Source: Octopus sinensis (Eukaryota). Taken from it: DNA of 64,000 nt. The translations under genes and the position numbers were made by a program. The stretch lies in assembly GCF_006345805.1 (NCBI RefSeq), contig NC_043017.1:22754001-22818000 (forward strand), written 5' to 3'. Positions 1 to 12,490 of the stretch are shown in pieces. Within the stretch, counting starts at the first letter, position 1. The number at the start of each line of letters is the position of its first letter. The notes under the pieces were generated by a model. That model was not told the origin of the DNA. It did not search any database and saw only the letters and a program-made list of their open reading frames with translations.

Positions 1-293
1 GGTCTCTTTTGCCGAACCGCTAGGTGACGGAGACGTAAACACACCAGCATCGGTTGTCAAGCAATGTTAGGGGGACAAACACAGACACACAAACACACAC
101 ATGCATATATATATATATATACATATATACGACGGGCTTCTTTCAGTTTCCCCTCTACCAAATCCACTCACAAGGCTTTGGTCGGTCCGAGACTATAGTA
201 GAAGACACTTGTCCAAGGTGCCACGCAGTGGGACTGAACCCGGAATCATGTGGTTGGTTAGCAAGCTACTTACCACACAGCCACTCCTGCACC
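1..293 (-). mobile_element. tRNA-derived SINE family A, cut by window edge
   Basis: Reverse complement of GGAGTGGCTGTGTGG (A box) ... GGTTCAGTCCC (B box), a CCTTGGGCAAGTG-type CORE-like stretch and a central TA/CA microsatellite; many near-identical copies in the window. Confidence 0.9.
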
Positions 294-436
294 TATATAA
301 CTTTTTTTATTTTTTCTGAAAATTCCAAAAAATAAAAATGTTATGAGGAGTTATATGGGGTACTTAAACTAGAATTCTGTCATTAAATTTGTGCAAACAT
401 AATTAATGCAGGTAGTATGAAAATGCTGACGCTGTT

Positions 437-598
437 CATCATCATCATCATCGTTTAGCATCCGCTTTCCATGCTAGCATGGGTTGCACGGTTCAACTGG
501 GGTCTGGGAAGCCAGAAGGCTGCACCAGGCCCAGTCTGATCTGGCAATGTTTCTACGGCTGGATGCCCTTCCTAACGCCAACCACTCCGTGAGTGCAG
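437..598 (-). mobile_element. Family C retroposon 3' end ((CAT)n tail, AGGAAGGGCATCCAG core)
   Basis: (CAT)n followed by the reverse complement of GGCGTTAGGAAGGGCATCCAGCCGTAGAAAC; matches copies at 9281, 32406, 44792 and 52674. Confidence 0.85.
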
Positions 599-1317
599 AG
601 ATGTTCCTCATACCAAAATTATCAACTCTAAGGTGAGGAGAAAATGATATTAATCAGCATCTAGCATTATCTTGGTTATTTCAATAAGCATGGGTAATGA
701 GAATAGATTTGTTTCTGCTTTATTGTGACCTCATCAGCAAAGTATAAACTTCAGCATACTTGCCAAAATAGAAACAGCAAAATCATTAAGTAAATGAATG
801 AGATTATATACTGGTAGGTAGAGAAAAGTAGAATTCTTGAAACAAATACAGTCAGATAAAATTAGAGAGACAGACAGACAGAAAAATACAGGAGACATAA
901 ATTGAAATTAAATCTGGAGCAACACAACAGTTACAAGTGATATCATAAAGGAGTTGCTTTGTTTTGATTTTTTCCTTTTGTTTTTGATTCATTACAACCA
1001 TCACTTTGTGTATGTTACTCATGGGAGTAACAGAATTAGATATATTCCTTTTATCGGTTTTGGCCGGATGCTGAGGCTACGCTGGGATACAGATGGACGA
1101 AATAGAATAGTTGAGTAAAAAAGAAAGTCTCCCCAATCAACAATAACTATTTGTTCAATTTATTTTATGGACCAAACAAAATTTTCGTGAACACAGATGA
1201 AAGCAGAGACGCTGAAGTTTTATAGACATTGTGAGATGTGATGGGATTTAAGGGGGAAATTAACACAAAGTGAATATTATAACTCCACCCAGTAACAAAA
1301 GTAAAATACCCATTAAG

Positions 1318-1795
1318 CAGAGAGAGAGAGAGAAGGAGACTAGAAAAGAAAAAGAGAGAGAAACTAGGAGAGAAAGAGAGAGACTAGGAGAGAAAGAGAG
1401 AGACTAGGAGAGAAAAAGAGAGAGAAACTAGGAAAGAAAGAGGGAGAGAGACTAGGAGAGAAAAAGAGAGAGAGACTAGGAGAGAGAGAGAGAGAGAGAC
1501 TAGAAGAGAAAGAGAGAGAGACTAGGAGAGAAAGAGAGAAAGAGAGACTAGGAGAAAAAAGAGAGAGAAGCTAGGAGAGAAAAAGAGAGAGAGACTAGGA
1601 GAGAAAGCGAGAGAGAGAGACTAGTAGAGAAAGAGAGAGAGACTAGGAGAGAAAGAGGGAGAGAAACTAGGAGAGAAAGAGATAAAGAGAGAGAAACTAG
1701 GGGAGAAAGAGAGAGAGACTAGGAGAGAAAGAGAGAGAGAGAGAGACTACGAGAGAAAAAGAGAGAGAGACTACGAGAGAAAAAGAGAGAGAGAT
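1318..1795. repeat. Polypurine GA minisatellite (AGAGAGACTAGGAGAGAA-like units)
   Basis: Recurring GACTAGGAGAGAAA motif inside a GA dinucleotide tract. Confidence 0.95.
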
Positions 1796-2126
1796 GTAGG
1801 GGTGGAGTGAGAGCATTTTAAGCTTGAAACATCCAATGAACACCAGCAGAGTTGATGTAGATAAAAGTGTATAAAAGATATCGTGTAGAGGAATACAAAA
1901 TAAATCATAAAATATTTAATAAAACATGGTTGGTTAATTGAAATCAATCAAATTTAATTGCGTGTGTCTCCCGTACCTGCTACTCTATTTGTTAGCATTA
2001 AAATGGCAACAAAGGAATGCTGTGAACATTTAGAAAACTTTCTGAATATTTTACTGTGGAAAACCATTACATTTAACAAAACAATAAATTTTAAACCAGT
2101 AAAATTTTTTAGAGAATTAAGGTAGA

Positions 2127-2759
2127 AAGAAGAGAGAGAGAGAGAAAGGAGAGAGAGAGACAGGAGAGAGAAAGAGACAGGAAAGAGACAGGAGAGAGAG
2201 AGAGGGAGAGAAAGGAGAGAGAGACAGAGACAGGAGAGAGAAAGAGACAGGAGAGAGAGAGAGAGACAGGAGAGAGAGAGAGAGAGACAGGAGAGAGAGA
2301 GACAGACAGACAGGAGAGAGAGAGAGACAGGAGAGAGAGAGAGACAAACAGGAGAGAGAGGTAGAGGAGACAGACAGACAGACAGAGACACAGAGAGAGA
2401 GAGAAGTGGAGAAGAGTAGATAGAGAGAAGAGTAGAGAGAGAGAGGGGAGTAGAGAAAGAGAAGTAAAGAAGAGTAGAGAGAGGGAAATAGAGGAAAGGA
2501 GAGAGAAAGAGAAAGAGAGAGAAGTAGAGAAGAGTAAAGAGAGAGAGAAGTAAAGAAGAGTGGACAGAGAGAGAAGCAGGGAAGAGTAGAGAGAGAAATA
2601 AATAAGTGTAAAGAGAGAGAAAAGTAGGAATAAAGAGAAGTAGAAGGAGAAAGAGAGAAGTAGAGAGAGAGAGAGAAACAAGAAGTAAAAAGCAGAGACA
2701 GAAAAGGAGAGAAAATCAAAGAGAAATAAACGGAGACAAAGAGAAAAATACAAAGAAAT

Positions 2760-2790
<31 letters not shown>

Positions 2791-2806
2791 AAGAGAGAGA
2801 GAGAGC
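2127..2806. repeat. Polypurine GA/GACA complex microsatellite
   Basis: Almost purely A/G on the + strand; source of the LS-rich spurious ORFs at 1954-2882. Confidence 0.95.
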
Positions 2807-3210
2807 AAGAATATATGCATTTGAAGGAGTGAGAGAAGAATATCTTGCACAGAACCATGAAACTATTGATGTGAAATTTCAAAGGAAATGAATAAATGGC
2901 ACCAATAACTAAATGTATTGAAAAGTATTCGTATGTAGCTTAAGTAATATCTGAATTCATAGAACATAACGAAACTGAAGGAAAAATCAGGTGCATCGAG
3001 TGAAAAGGATTTGCAGCAATGTCAGTCTACCCCGGAACAGTTTTATTACTATGATCAAGCACATCACTCGAAATGCTTACTTGTGTCTGAACAACTATTG
3101 TTAATGTACAGAATACAATGGATGCTGCAGCCGACAGTTTCTCAATATATTGTATATCTTGAGTAGTATCCTTAGATGAGGCTTCTAACTTTATTTGTAC
3201 TGAACTTTAA

Positions 3211-3431
3211 CTCTTTAGCATTTAAACTGGCCATATCCGGCCAAAGGTATTCTGCCTGTTTTGTGTTCAAACTGGCCCGATCTGGTCTCTCACACCAACC
3301 CAACAATATCGTTTTAAAAATTAACAGCTACCTCATCAAAATCTCAAAACTACAAGATAATGCATAACTAGTTCAAAACAAAGTGGATGAAAAAGCATTA
3401 ATTTTGGTAGAATAATGCGAACACTATAGGG
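3211..3431 (+). mobile_element. piggyBac-type MITE family E
   Basis: Flanked by TTAA at 3207-3210 and 3432-3435; ends CTCTTTAG...CTATAGGG; related copies at 41254, 43160 and 59845. Confidence 0.8.
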
Positions 3432-3781
3432 TTAAGGAAGGTGTTGGACAGATAAAAATCTCTTTGTAACTAGCTTTATTACTGTTAGAAGTGTCCTCAT
3501 GACCCACAATGTTGAGAGAATATGCAAAAGTAATTAATACTTAGAGGTTATAAGATCAGGGCTGTGAGATCTGAAGATCAAAAAGGTTGTGAATGAGTGT
3601 CACCTTCATACAAGTGATGTCCATTTCCAATCTTCCATGAAAACATGTCCAGCCATGGGAAAATATTACTTCTCTTGGAAACAGGTGAGGGTTGGGGACA
3701 TGAAGAGCATCTGGCCACAGAAAATCTACTTCTATGAAATGCAACAACATATGTAAACAAACATTTTTTTTGTTTCTGTTT

Positions 3782-4188
3782 AGGAGTGGCTGTGTGGTAA
3801 GTAGCTTGCTTACCAACCACGTGGTTCTGGGTTCAGTCCCACTGCGTGGCACCTTGGGCAAGTGTCTTCTACTATAGCCTCAGGCTGATCAAAGCCTTGT
3901 GAGTGGATTTGGTAGACGAAAACTGAAAGAAGCCCGTCGTATATATGCGTGTATATATATATATATATGTATGTGCGTGTATATGTTTGCGTGTCTGTGT
4001 TTGTCCCCCCAACATCGCTTGACAATCGATGGTGGTGTGTTTACAGCTCCGTAGCTTAGCGGTTCGGCAAAAGAGACTGATAGAATAAGTACTAGGCTTA
4101 CAAAGAATAAGTCCTTGGGTCAATTTCCTCAACTAAAGGTGGTGCTCCAGCATGGCTGCAGTCAAATGACTGAAACAAGTAAAAGAGT
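3782..4188 (+). mobile_element. SINE family A, full length
   Basis: A/B box head, central TA/TG microsatellite, GAAACAAGTAAAAGAG tail. Confidence 0.9.
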
Positions 4189-4201
4189 GTCGAATGTGTT
4201 T

Positions 4202-4528
4202 CATATTGTACAGACAAGAAAGTAACATTTCAAATGCAGGATAGCCATGAAAACAGCAGAAAGACTGGATATTTTACCTTTATATGAAGGAAAAAGTTGT
4301 CAGCAGATAGCCACAGGACTCGAACCTGTACCTTCCAGATACTAGCTGTCAGTGGGAAGTTTAGCTTAATTGGTGTAGTACTCAGCTGGTATCTGGGAGG
4401 TGCAGGTTCAAATCCCATGGCTGTCTGTTGACGACTTTTTCCATCATATAAGGGTAAAATACTCAATCTTTCTACTGTTTCACAACCATACCGCATTCAA
4501 AATATTACTTTCCTGTCTGTACAAAATG
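4202..4528. repeat. Fold-back element with ~146 bp arms and a tRNA-like centre
   Basis: 4202-4348 is the reverse complement of 4383-4528 at about 80% identity; A-box-like TAGCTTAATTGG in the spacer and a B box in each arm. Confidence 0.85.
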
Positions 4529-4666
4529 TTACTTCTATGAATTTTTGACTCATAACTGGGACCCTTGATAGGATCAGAGAGGCCCTAACAGTAGTGATGA
4601 CAAAGGACTAACTCCTTATCTCCCAAGCTGGAGCTTCATCACTGGATATTGTTTATTTGTATAGGC

Positions 4667-4958
4667 CAGTGGTTCTCAACCGGGGTCCATATAAGATTTT
4701 GGGGATCCAGGGATCCATAGTAGTGCATTAAAAGTCCATGGAAACGTTTTGCTTTAGATGTTTTTATTGCAAGAAATAGCTCAATTTCTCTAATGTTTTA
4801 CATAGTTCAACCTACCTCTGCTAAACAAAATAGGAACTTCAAAAGAAGTATATATAGGATTGGTTTTTAAACTTCTAGTGGTGATGGGGGTCAACCAGAG
4901 TGAAATAGTAATCAAAGGGGTCCTTAAGTAAAAAAAAAAAAACAGTTGAGAAACACTG
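4667..4958 (+). mobile_element. hAT-type MITE
   Basis: TIR CAGTGGTTCTCAAC / GTTGAGAAACACTG (13/14); 8 bp TSD GTATAGGC / GTATAGAC; a related end lies near 60080-60121. Confidence 0.85.
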
Positions 4959-5313
4959 GTATAGACCCATAAAAATATAGATCCTAGTGATACTGTACAA
5001 AAGACTGGCCTCTTGTCTAAAAAGAAATAAATGAGTTCATTACTTTTATCAATTATTGTTAAATTTATGTAAAAGCAATAGAAATAGCATAAATAATATA
5101 TTACAATGAACTAATCTCAACTCTTTAGTACCTTATTCAATGACTCATACTTCTAAATTAAAATCACACCAACTTTATTTTCCATTCTTTAGCAATCAAT
5201 CAAATAAAGGAACTCAAGGATACTAGCATAACTTCTATTGAGTTTATCACTTACTCTATTAAATTGGAAACATAATTATTGTTGCTTTTGACAGCATTGT
5301 ATTATATTAAACC

Positions 5314-5710
5314 ACTAGCACCATCGCCCGGCGTTGCTCGGGTTTGTAAGGGAAATAACTATATAAGCATTTTTAGAGATGTAAAGTATAATAGCCATCT
5401 CAATATGGCTAACCACAAGGGGGGGGTGTTACTGTAGCTTTTTACGTTCTGAGATTTAATAATACATTTTTAGAGAGTTACTTCCCTTATATAATTGCAA
5501 AAAATGCATTAAAAATGGGAAAAATGATGGTAAATTTTCTTTTTAAAGCGTAGACTCATCGTAGACGCGCGCTAATACCTAGAAGGGCTCGATATGAATC
5601 ACGACTATAAGATACCCGCTTTTGATTACACTGCACCGCAAAATGTGGGAGTAGTTAGGAATCTAAATCGTAGTAGACAGACACACAACTACACTTTTAT
5701 ATATAAAGAT
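5314..5710 (+). mobile_element. Helentron/HINE-like non-autonomous rolling-circle element
   Basis: Begins ACTAG with a short hairpin CCCGGCGTTGCTCGGG and ends ACAGACACAC...CTTTTATATATAAAGAT; no TSD. Terminal architecture recalled from HINE/DINE-1-like elements. Confidence 0.55.
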
Positions 5711-5788
5711 TAGTGGTTATTTAGCACTAGGTCAGTCCTGATTGAGCAGAGAGACCTACCACCAATGTCATAAGCACAACAGAAGCAA

Positions 5789-6601
5789 CATGAGGGGGTA
5801 CCCAAAAAAACCCAGAATTTTGCAGTATTATTTTTAGTCAGTTTTATATGTTTACAGTTTTATCACCTTCAAAGTATTCTCCATTTGAAACAATGCATCG
5901 GTCCAGATGCATTTTCCGCTGTTGGAAGCAGTGCTGGAACTCTTGTGAAGTGATGCCTTTTAGTGCCTCCATCGTGTTTTCCTTCATCTCTTCCACAACA
6001 GCAAGTTCCGTAGCACCATCTTTCATCACCAGTGATGAACTTTGAAAAAAGGTCCGCAACAATTTCCAACTGTTTTTTCAGCTCACGATATGCATTCCTC
6101 ACTCAAAATTCATTGGCAGGAGCTCCGGGGCACACCATTCATATCAAGAAGTTTGTCAATTGCTCAGTGAAGGCCCTCCAAGATCAGTTCATGATGTTTT
6201 CATTCGTTCAAGAGATTGACGGTCACTCTAAATGAGGTTGGTCCTATAACAACAAGTGACCATTACTAAAGCATGAAAACCACTTGTAAACTTGTGTTTT
6301 GCTCATGGCAGCAGCCTTGAAAGCTTTTTGAAGCAAGTCAACTGTTTTGGCTGCCTTTTTCCACAGAATTTCACAGAATCATGTTGCTCCTTTGTTTTAG
6401 CCATCGCAAAAATCGACAAACATGGGAGAAGCACTACAAAACAAACACATGCTACATGGCAGTGCAACCCCACTGGACAACACCAGTTGGCAGACTGATG
6501 ACTGAGGGTCGCATCAAGTGGCTTCTAGTGGAAGAAGCCTAAAATACAATTGGCTTGTCCCAGAGAGGATGCTTCCAGTTAACTTTGGGTACCCAGGTGT
6601 A
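5789..6601 (-). mobile_element. Internally deleted, decayed mariner (Tc1/mariner) transposon
   Basis: Minus strand gives a mariner-like N-terminus (..AMSKTQVYKWFS..), FITGDERWCY (first catalytic D) and C-terminal CIVSNGEYFEGD; GGGTACCCAAA terminal motif inverted at both ends. Confidence 0.85.
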
Positions 6602-6989
6602 AGTTGAGAACCTCAAATACAAGTCCAGAAATTAGATATAAAAAGTACATTTTAGAAATTCAGTTTAGTAAAGCATAGAATATATTTCATCCTTAAGATG
6701 TAGAATTATAAAAATTTTAGCTGCACTCGTATTTTGCTGCCTTGTAACAATTTAATGCCTACAAGCGTCCTTACAGTTCTTGCCTATCAAATTCATTCTC
6801 AAAGCATTGGTCAACCCAGGGCTATAGTAGAAAAACACTTGTCCAAGGTACCACACAGTGGAACTGAAACCAGAACTATATGGTTGCAAAGTAAGCTTCT
6901 TATTTCTTTATTGCTCACAAGAGGCCACACACAATGTTGCAAAAATGATGCAAAACAGGGGAATTATTGTATATTTTTATGATATTTAA

Positions 6990-7217
6990 TTCCTTGTTGC
7001 CCACAAGGGGCTAAACATACAGGGGACAAACAAGGACAGACAAATGGATTAAGTCGATTATATCAACCCCAGTGTGTAACTGGTACTTATTTAATCGACG
7101 CCAAAAGGATGAAAGGCAAAGTTGAACTTGGCGGAATTTGAACTCAGAACGTAACACAGACGAAATACCGCTCAGCATTTCACCCAGCATGCTAACCTTT
7201 CTGCCAGCTCGCCACTT
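6990..7217 (-). mobile_element. SINE family B (Deu/Nin-like domain)
   Basis: Reverse complement of GAGCTGGCAGAAA..GAGTTCAAATTCCGCC..GCCTTTCATCCTTT..TAAGTACCAG, which resembles the recalled DeuSINE core. Confidence 0.85.
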
Positions 7218-7466
7218 CTGAATTACACAGCCATGCCTGAGCTTTTTTTTTTTAATCATAATTTAATATTCTGCTCAGAATATATTTTTTTAGCACACCA
7301 CAATCTCTTGGTAGATTTTTCACTACTTAGCAATATCTTATTCTTCAGCCCAGTTCTATAACACAGTCCCAAATGTAACACTGCTTTCAAAATCTATACA
7401 TCAGGTTTTTCCACAAAATGCAATAATTAATTTCTTTCTCTTGCAGTCATAATTATAGATACATAT

Positions 7467-7835
7467 AGGCACAGACGTGGCTGTGTGGTAAGAAGTTTGC
7501 TTCCCAACCATATGTTTTGGGGTTCAGTTCCACTGCATGACATTTTGGGCAAGTGTCTTCTACTCTAGCCTCAGGCTGACCGAAGCTTTATGAATGAGTT
7601 TGGTAGATGGAGACTGAAAGATGCCCATTATATATATACTTGAGTGTGTGTGTGTGTGTGTGCATGTGTGATTGTCCCCCACCATTGCTTGATAACCAGT
7701 GTTCATGTGCTTATGTCACTGTAACTTAGTGGTTTGGCAAAAGTAACTGGTAAAATAAGTACCAGGCTTAGAAAAATCAGTCCTGAGGTCAATTCATTTG
7801 ACTAAAACCCTTCAATGCCCAGAATGGCTGTGGTC
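7467..7835 (+). mobile_element. Older, diverged family A-like SINE
   Basis: GTGGCTGTGTGGTAAG head, TG microsatellite, decayed tail. Confidence 0.75.
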
Positions 7836-7991
7836 AAATTACAGATACAATTAAAAGATATATATGTATGTGTGTGTATGCATGTGTGTACTCAGCGACA
7901 TGCATGTTCATTTCATGAGCAGGCTGTTTTGGTGACCAGATCAACTGAAACCTTCATTGTTGTAACAGATGGAGTACCACTTATATATATT

Positions 7992-8020
<29 letters not shown>

Positions 8021-8022
<2 letters not shown>

Positions 8023-8573
8023 AAGAAATCCTTGAACTTTAATTCATCCCGTATTTCTATTTATTATTATTATTTATTAATTATTATTATTCTGATCCCC
8101 TAGACGCCACTCTGTTTACTATTTCAGCCTCGCCTCGTTTTTGCATATTCTGTATAATTCACTAGTTATCGTTATAGATATTCAAGATCTATTCTCCCTT
8201 ACAGGGCTGATAGAAATTGGCTGCCGATTCTTCGCGCCCTTCTCTCCCCCTCTTTTTACATTGTCTGTCTGGACTCCTATGCATACTTAAGCTAGTAACC
8301 TGCCTCATTCTTGATTCCGAATTCCTTTTGCAAGACTGTCCGTAAACGAAGTGATCCCAAGATAAGAAATCCTTGAACTTTAATTCATCCCGTATTTCTA
8401 TTTATTATTATTATTATTATTATTATTCTGATCCCCCTAGACGCCACTCTGTTTACTATTTCAGCCTCGCCTCGTTTTTGCATATTCTGTATAATTCACT
8501 AGTTATCGTTATAGATATTTAAGATCTATTCTCCCTTACAGGGCTGATAGAAATTGGCTGCCGATTCTTCGCG
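8021..8573. repeat. Direct repeat of ~215 bp (8021-8236 and 8362-8573), period 341
   Basis: Near-identical copies differing mainly in (ATT)n length. Confidence 0.9.
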
Positions 8574-8650
8574 GCGCGCCTGCCCTACCCACCCCCACCA
8601 CCAATACCGAATATCTCTATTTTGCTCCAACTATACCGGATGTCGTTTCT

Positions 8651-9279
8651 CCCACCACCATTATAGGTGTCTACTCTTTGAACGCCCCTCTTCAATACGC
8701 TATTTCACCATGCATTACCCCTCTCTCGATATCCTACGTTCTACTTGCCTAGAACCTGTCCTCTGAACCACCCCTCCCACTGGTGTTCCCCTATATTTCT
8801 GCACCCCCCACCACCATTATAGTGGTCTACTCTTTGAACCCCCCTCTTCAATACGCTATTTCACCATGCATTACCTCTCTCTCAATATCCTACGTTCTAC
8901 TTGCCTAGAACTTGTCCTTCTGAACCACCCCTCCCACTGGTGCTCCCCTATATTTCTACACCCCCCAACCACCATTATAGGTGTCTACTCTTTGAACCCC
9001 CCTCTTCAATACGCTATTTCACCATGCATTACCCCTCTCTCGATATCCTACGTTCTACTTGCCTAGAACCTGTCCTCTGAACCACCCCTCCCACTGGTGC
9101 TCCCCTATATTTCTGCACGCCCCACACCATTATAGGTGTCTACTATTTGAAGCCCCCTCTTCAATACACTATTTCACCATGCATTACCCCTCTCTCGGTA
9201 TCCTACGTTCTACTTGCCTAGTACCTGTCCTCTGAACCATCCCTCCCACTGGTGCTCCCCTATATTCTGCACCCCCCCC
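8651..9279. repeat. C-rich tandem repeat, 4 units of 155-158 bp
   Basis: (C/A)CACCATTAT anchors at 8655, 8811, 8969 and 9124. Confidence 0.92.
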
Positions 9280-9280
9280 A

Positions 9281-9516
9281 TAAAAAGCACCATCCGAACG
9301 TGGCCGATGCCAGACCCCTCTGGCACCTGTGCAGGTGGCACGTAAAAAACACCCACTACACTCGCGGAGTGGTTGGCGTTAGGAAGGGCATCCAGCTGTA
9401 GAAACACTGCCAGACTAGACTGGAGCCTGGGGCAGTCCCGAGCTCCCCAGACCCCGGTCGAAACCGTCCAACCCGTGCTAGCGCGGAAAACGGACGTTAA
9501 ATGATGATGATGATGA
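9281..9516 (+). mobile_element. Family C retroposon, 5'-truncated
   Basis: TAAAAAGCACCATCCG...AGGAAGGGCATCCAGCTG...GGACGTTAAA(TGA)n. Confidence 0.85.
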
Positions 9517-10499
9517 TATATATATATATCTTTTTTCTCAGGAACTATTAGACCTGACACTGTGTATTAGCTGGTGTTTTTCAAGCGATGAATAGCTTTG
9601 CAGAAACCATGGTTCGCTTTGTTCTCTTACTTTATTATCATCTTATAATCATCTCATAATAATGACTTTTAAGACTCTTATTACTACCTCAGTCAATCTA
9701 AATGTATATATTTGTCGTTACCTGTCATAAATACCCTTTTTTTATTTGCAATGTGCATTTTCGTTGATTTTTCATATTTTACCCTTACATTTCCACGTGT
9801 ATTTTATATTTTCTTTTTGTAACATATTTCTACTATATATATATATATATATATATGCATTATAGAAAGTTAATTTCCTTGAAATCTAATTTCCTTCTTT
9901 TATTTTTCTTGCTTCATATTAAAGATTGAGAAGCTTCTCGACAGATCCTCATAAATATTCATTCTAACTAAAAGTACTAACAGACAAAACCACAGAGCTT
10001 TTCAGAGGTATGGTTTTTAAGTGTGTATTCAAATCAGTTCTGCTTGTCAATATATTTATATGTCTGTATGTATATATGCATATATACATACACATAAGTA
10101 TGTGTGTATATATATATATATAAATATATTTCATTTGAAATATGCATGTTTTCTTAGCATAATTTATCTTGCTTTTTCTGGGTTTTTTTTTTTTTTTTTT
10201 GTCCATCATATTTACAGATTGAATAAAAAGAAAAAATCTTATGTCTATCTCTTTCCAATATTCGTTTTAAGAAGCTATTTTCAATTTCCTGAATTATAAT
10301 TCATATAGTTCATCAAGACTTACTCAAGCCGAGATGAAAGAAATATTCATAGCTGAATAAGTTTATAATTTTCATTAGTAGGTAATATGTAGAATGAGAA
10401 ATATAAATTCACAACTCTGTTTTTATCAGAATTCATTATACATTGAAATTATATATTAATCATGCAAAATTCAAAAATTATACTACATTTTCTTCTTCA

Positions 10500-11000
10500 T
10501 ATATACGTGTGTGTGTAGACACAAGTGTATATATACATACATTCATATATGTGTGCCTACATACACATACATTCATATATACATTTACACGCACATACAT
10601 CTATACATAGATTTATATACATATCCATGTATATGTGTGTGTGTATACACAAACATATATATATCTATACATATATATATATATATATACATTTATATAT
10701 ATATATATACAAATGTATATATATATATATATATATGTGTGTACATATATATACAAATGTACATACAGATACTTTTACATATATATATATACAAATGTAC
10801 ATACATATACTTTTACATACATATACATTTACATATATATATATATATATATATATACAAATGTATATACATATACATTTTCATATATATACAAATGTAT
10901 ATACATATACATTTTCATATATATACAAATGTACATACATATACATTTACATATATACATATAATATATACATTTACGTATATACATATATATGTTATAA
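10500..11000. repeat. Complex TA/CA microsatellite with a higher-order TACAAATGTA motif
   Basis: Low-complexity tract; source of YI/HT-rich spurious ORFs. Confidence 0.95.
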
Positions 11001-11057
11001 ATAGATGCAATGAGTATTAAAGAGAGAATCATGGCATGAAATTATGAGATGATCGCA

Positions 11058-11258
11058 ATGCGACAATTCTAAGTACATATGCCCCAACTCTAGATAGCAG
11101 GGAAGAAGCAAAACTCAGATTTTATGAAGCTTTAGAAGAATGTTCATGTGATATAGTCAGTTTTAATAAAATTACTTTGCTTGGGGACTTTAATGCCAGA
11201 GTTGGTACTGATTGGAACACCTGGAGATGTCTTGGAAAGTACAGGGTAGGAAAAATAA
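11058..11258 (+). mobile_element. RTE-clade LINE endonuclease (APE) fragment
   Basis: Translates to ATILSTYAPT...FYEALEE...ITLLGDFNARVGTDW, the GDFNA motif of non-LTR APE domains. Confidence 0.85.
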
Positions 11259-11635
11259 TAATAATAATAATAATAATAATTGTGTACAGTGCTCAGGTGC
11301 ACTACAACTCATCTAAAGTGTATATATAATCAGGTGTAGTTTCGGCAGATTTCGGAAAGCATGAGGGCCTTAAAGGATGCAGTGTCATGGCAGTCAACAA
11401 CTGACGCAGGCAGTTTATTCCATGCTTCAGCAACTCTGAGCGTGAAAAAATGTTTCCGAAAGTCATGGGAGCTGTGTTGCTTTCTGACTTTGTAGGCATG
11501 TCCACGTATGTTAGACACATGGAGATCAAAAAGGTGTTCAGTGTTGTTGTTGGTGAGGTGGTTGATAACTTTGTGGGTGTTTACCAAGTCCGTCGCCAGA
11601 TGCCGGAGCTTCAGTGAATCCATGCCCAGAGAAAC
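11258..11635 (-). mobile_element. CR1-clade LINE 3' end with (ATT)n tail
   Basis: ORF 11330-11623 reads RGHAYKVRK..RKHFFTLRVAEAWNKLPASVV, a CR1 ORF2 C-terminus. Confidence 0.9.
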
Positions 11636-12104
11636 AGGTCTTTTACTCTTTCAACATTGCACAGAGATATATCAAGTACTGAACCTGGAACCATGTGATT
11701 GGTAAGCAAGCTACTTACCACACAGCCACTGCTACGCCTGAAGTTAAATTAATTTTATCGTAATTACACGTAACTCTGGGCTGTCTTTGGATTTGATGCT
11801 TCATGATATACCCAAGACATAATGTGGAAAGTAAGAAGAGAAAATGAAGAATAGTAACAACAAAAATGATTTCTATTTATGGAAGAAAAAATTAGACATG
11901 CTGCAAGATTTCAATTTTGAAAATTTCTGAGTAATATTGAATTTCACAAAATACTTCAAAGACTAAAGATTTTCATTGATCACAGCAGCATGGAGAATGC
12001 AGAACTGATCAACCATTATATCTGCAATCTAGCCAAAACCACTCGCCATAATCCATTATAGGTACATGAAACAAAGTATATCTATATACGCACAAAATTA
12101 CATA

Positions 12105-12132
12105 TACATACATACATATATTTGCATGTGTG

Positions 12133-12170
<38 letters not shown>

Positions 12171-12221
12171 CATATATATATACATATATACACATATATA
12201 TATACACATATATATATATAC

Positions 12222-12295
<74 letters not shown>

Positions 12296-12302
12296 TTATA
12301 CA

Positions 12303-12360
<58 letters not shown>

Positions 12361-12490
12361 CACACTCACATATATATATACATATATATATATACATATA
12401 TATACATATATATATATACACATATATATATATATATATGCATGTGTGCATATATATATATATATATATACATACACACACATATATATG
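12105..12490. repeat. TA/CA microsatellite
   Basis: Low-complexity tract. Confidence 0.95.

Noticed and set aside
54-335. Recurrent short ORFs with IHSQGFGRPEAIVEDTCPRCHAVGLNPEP
   Set aside because: Translations of SINE family A, not a protein family.
1282-1810. ACTCCACCC / GGGTGGAGT inverted 9-mer around the GA tract
   Set aside because: Too short, no TSD; compatible with chance.
1954-2882. Long LS-rich ORFs (145-257 aa)
   Set aside because: Translations of GA microsatellite.
4356-4428. Functional tRNA-Thr(GGT) gene
   Set aside because: The acceptor stem does not pair; treated as a tRNA-derived element.
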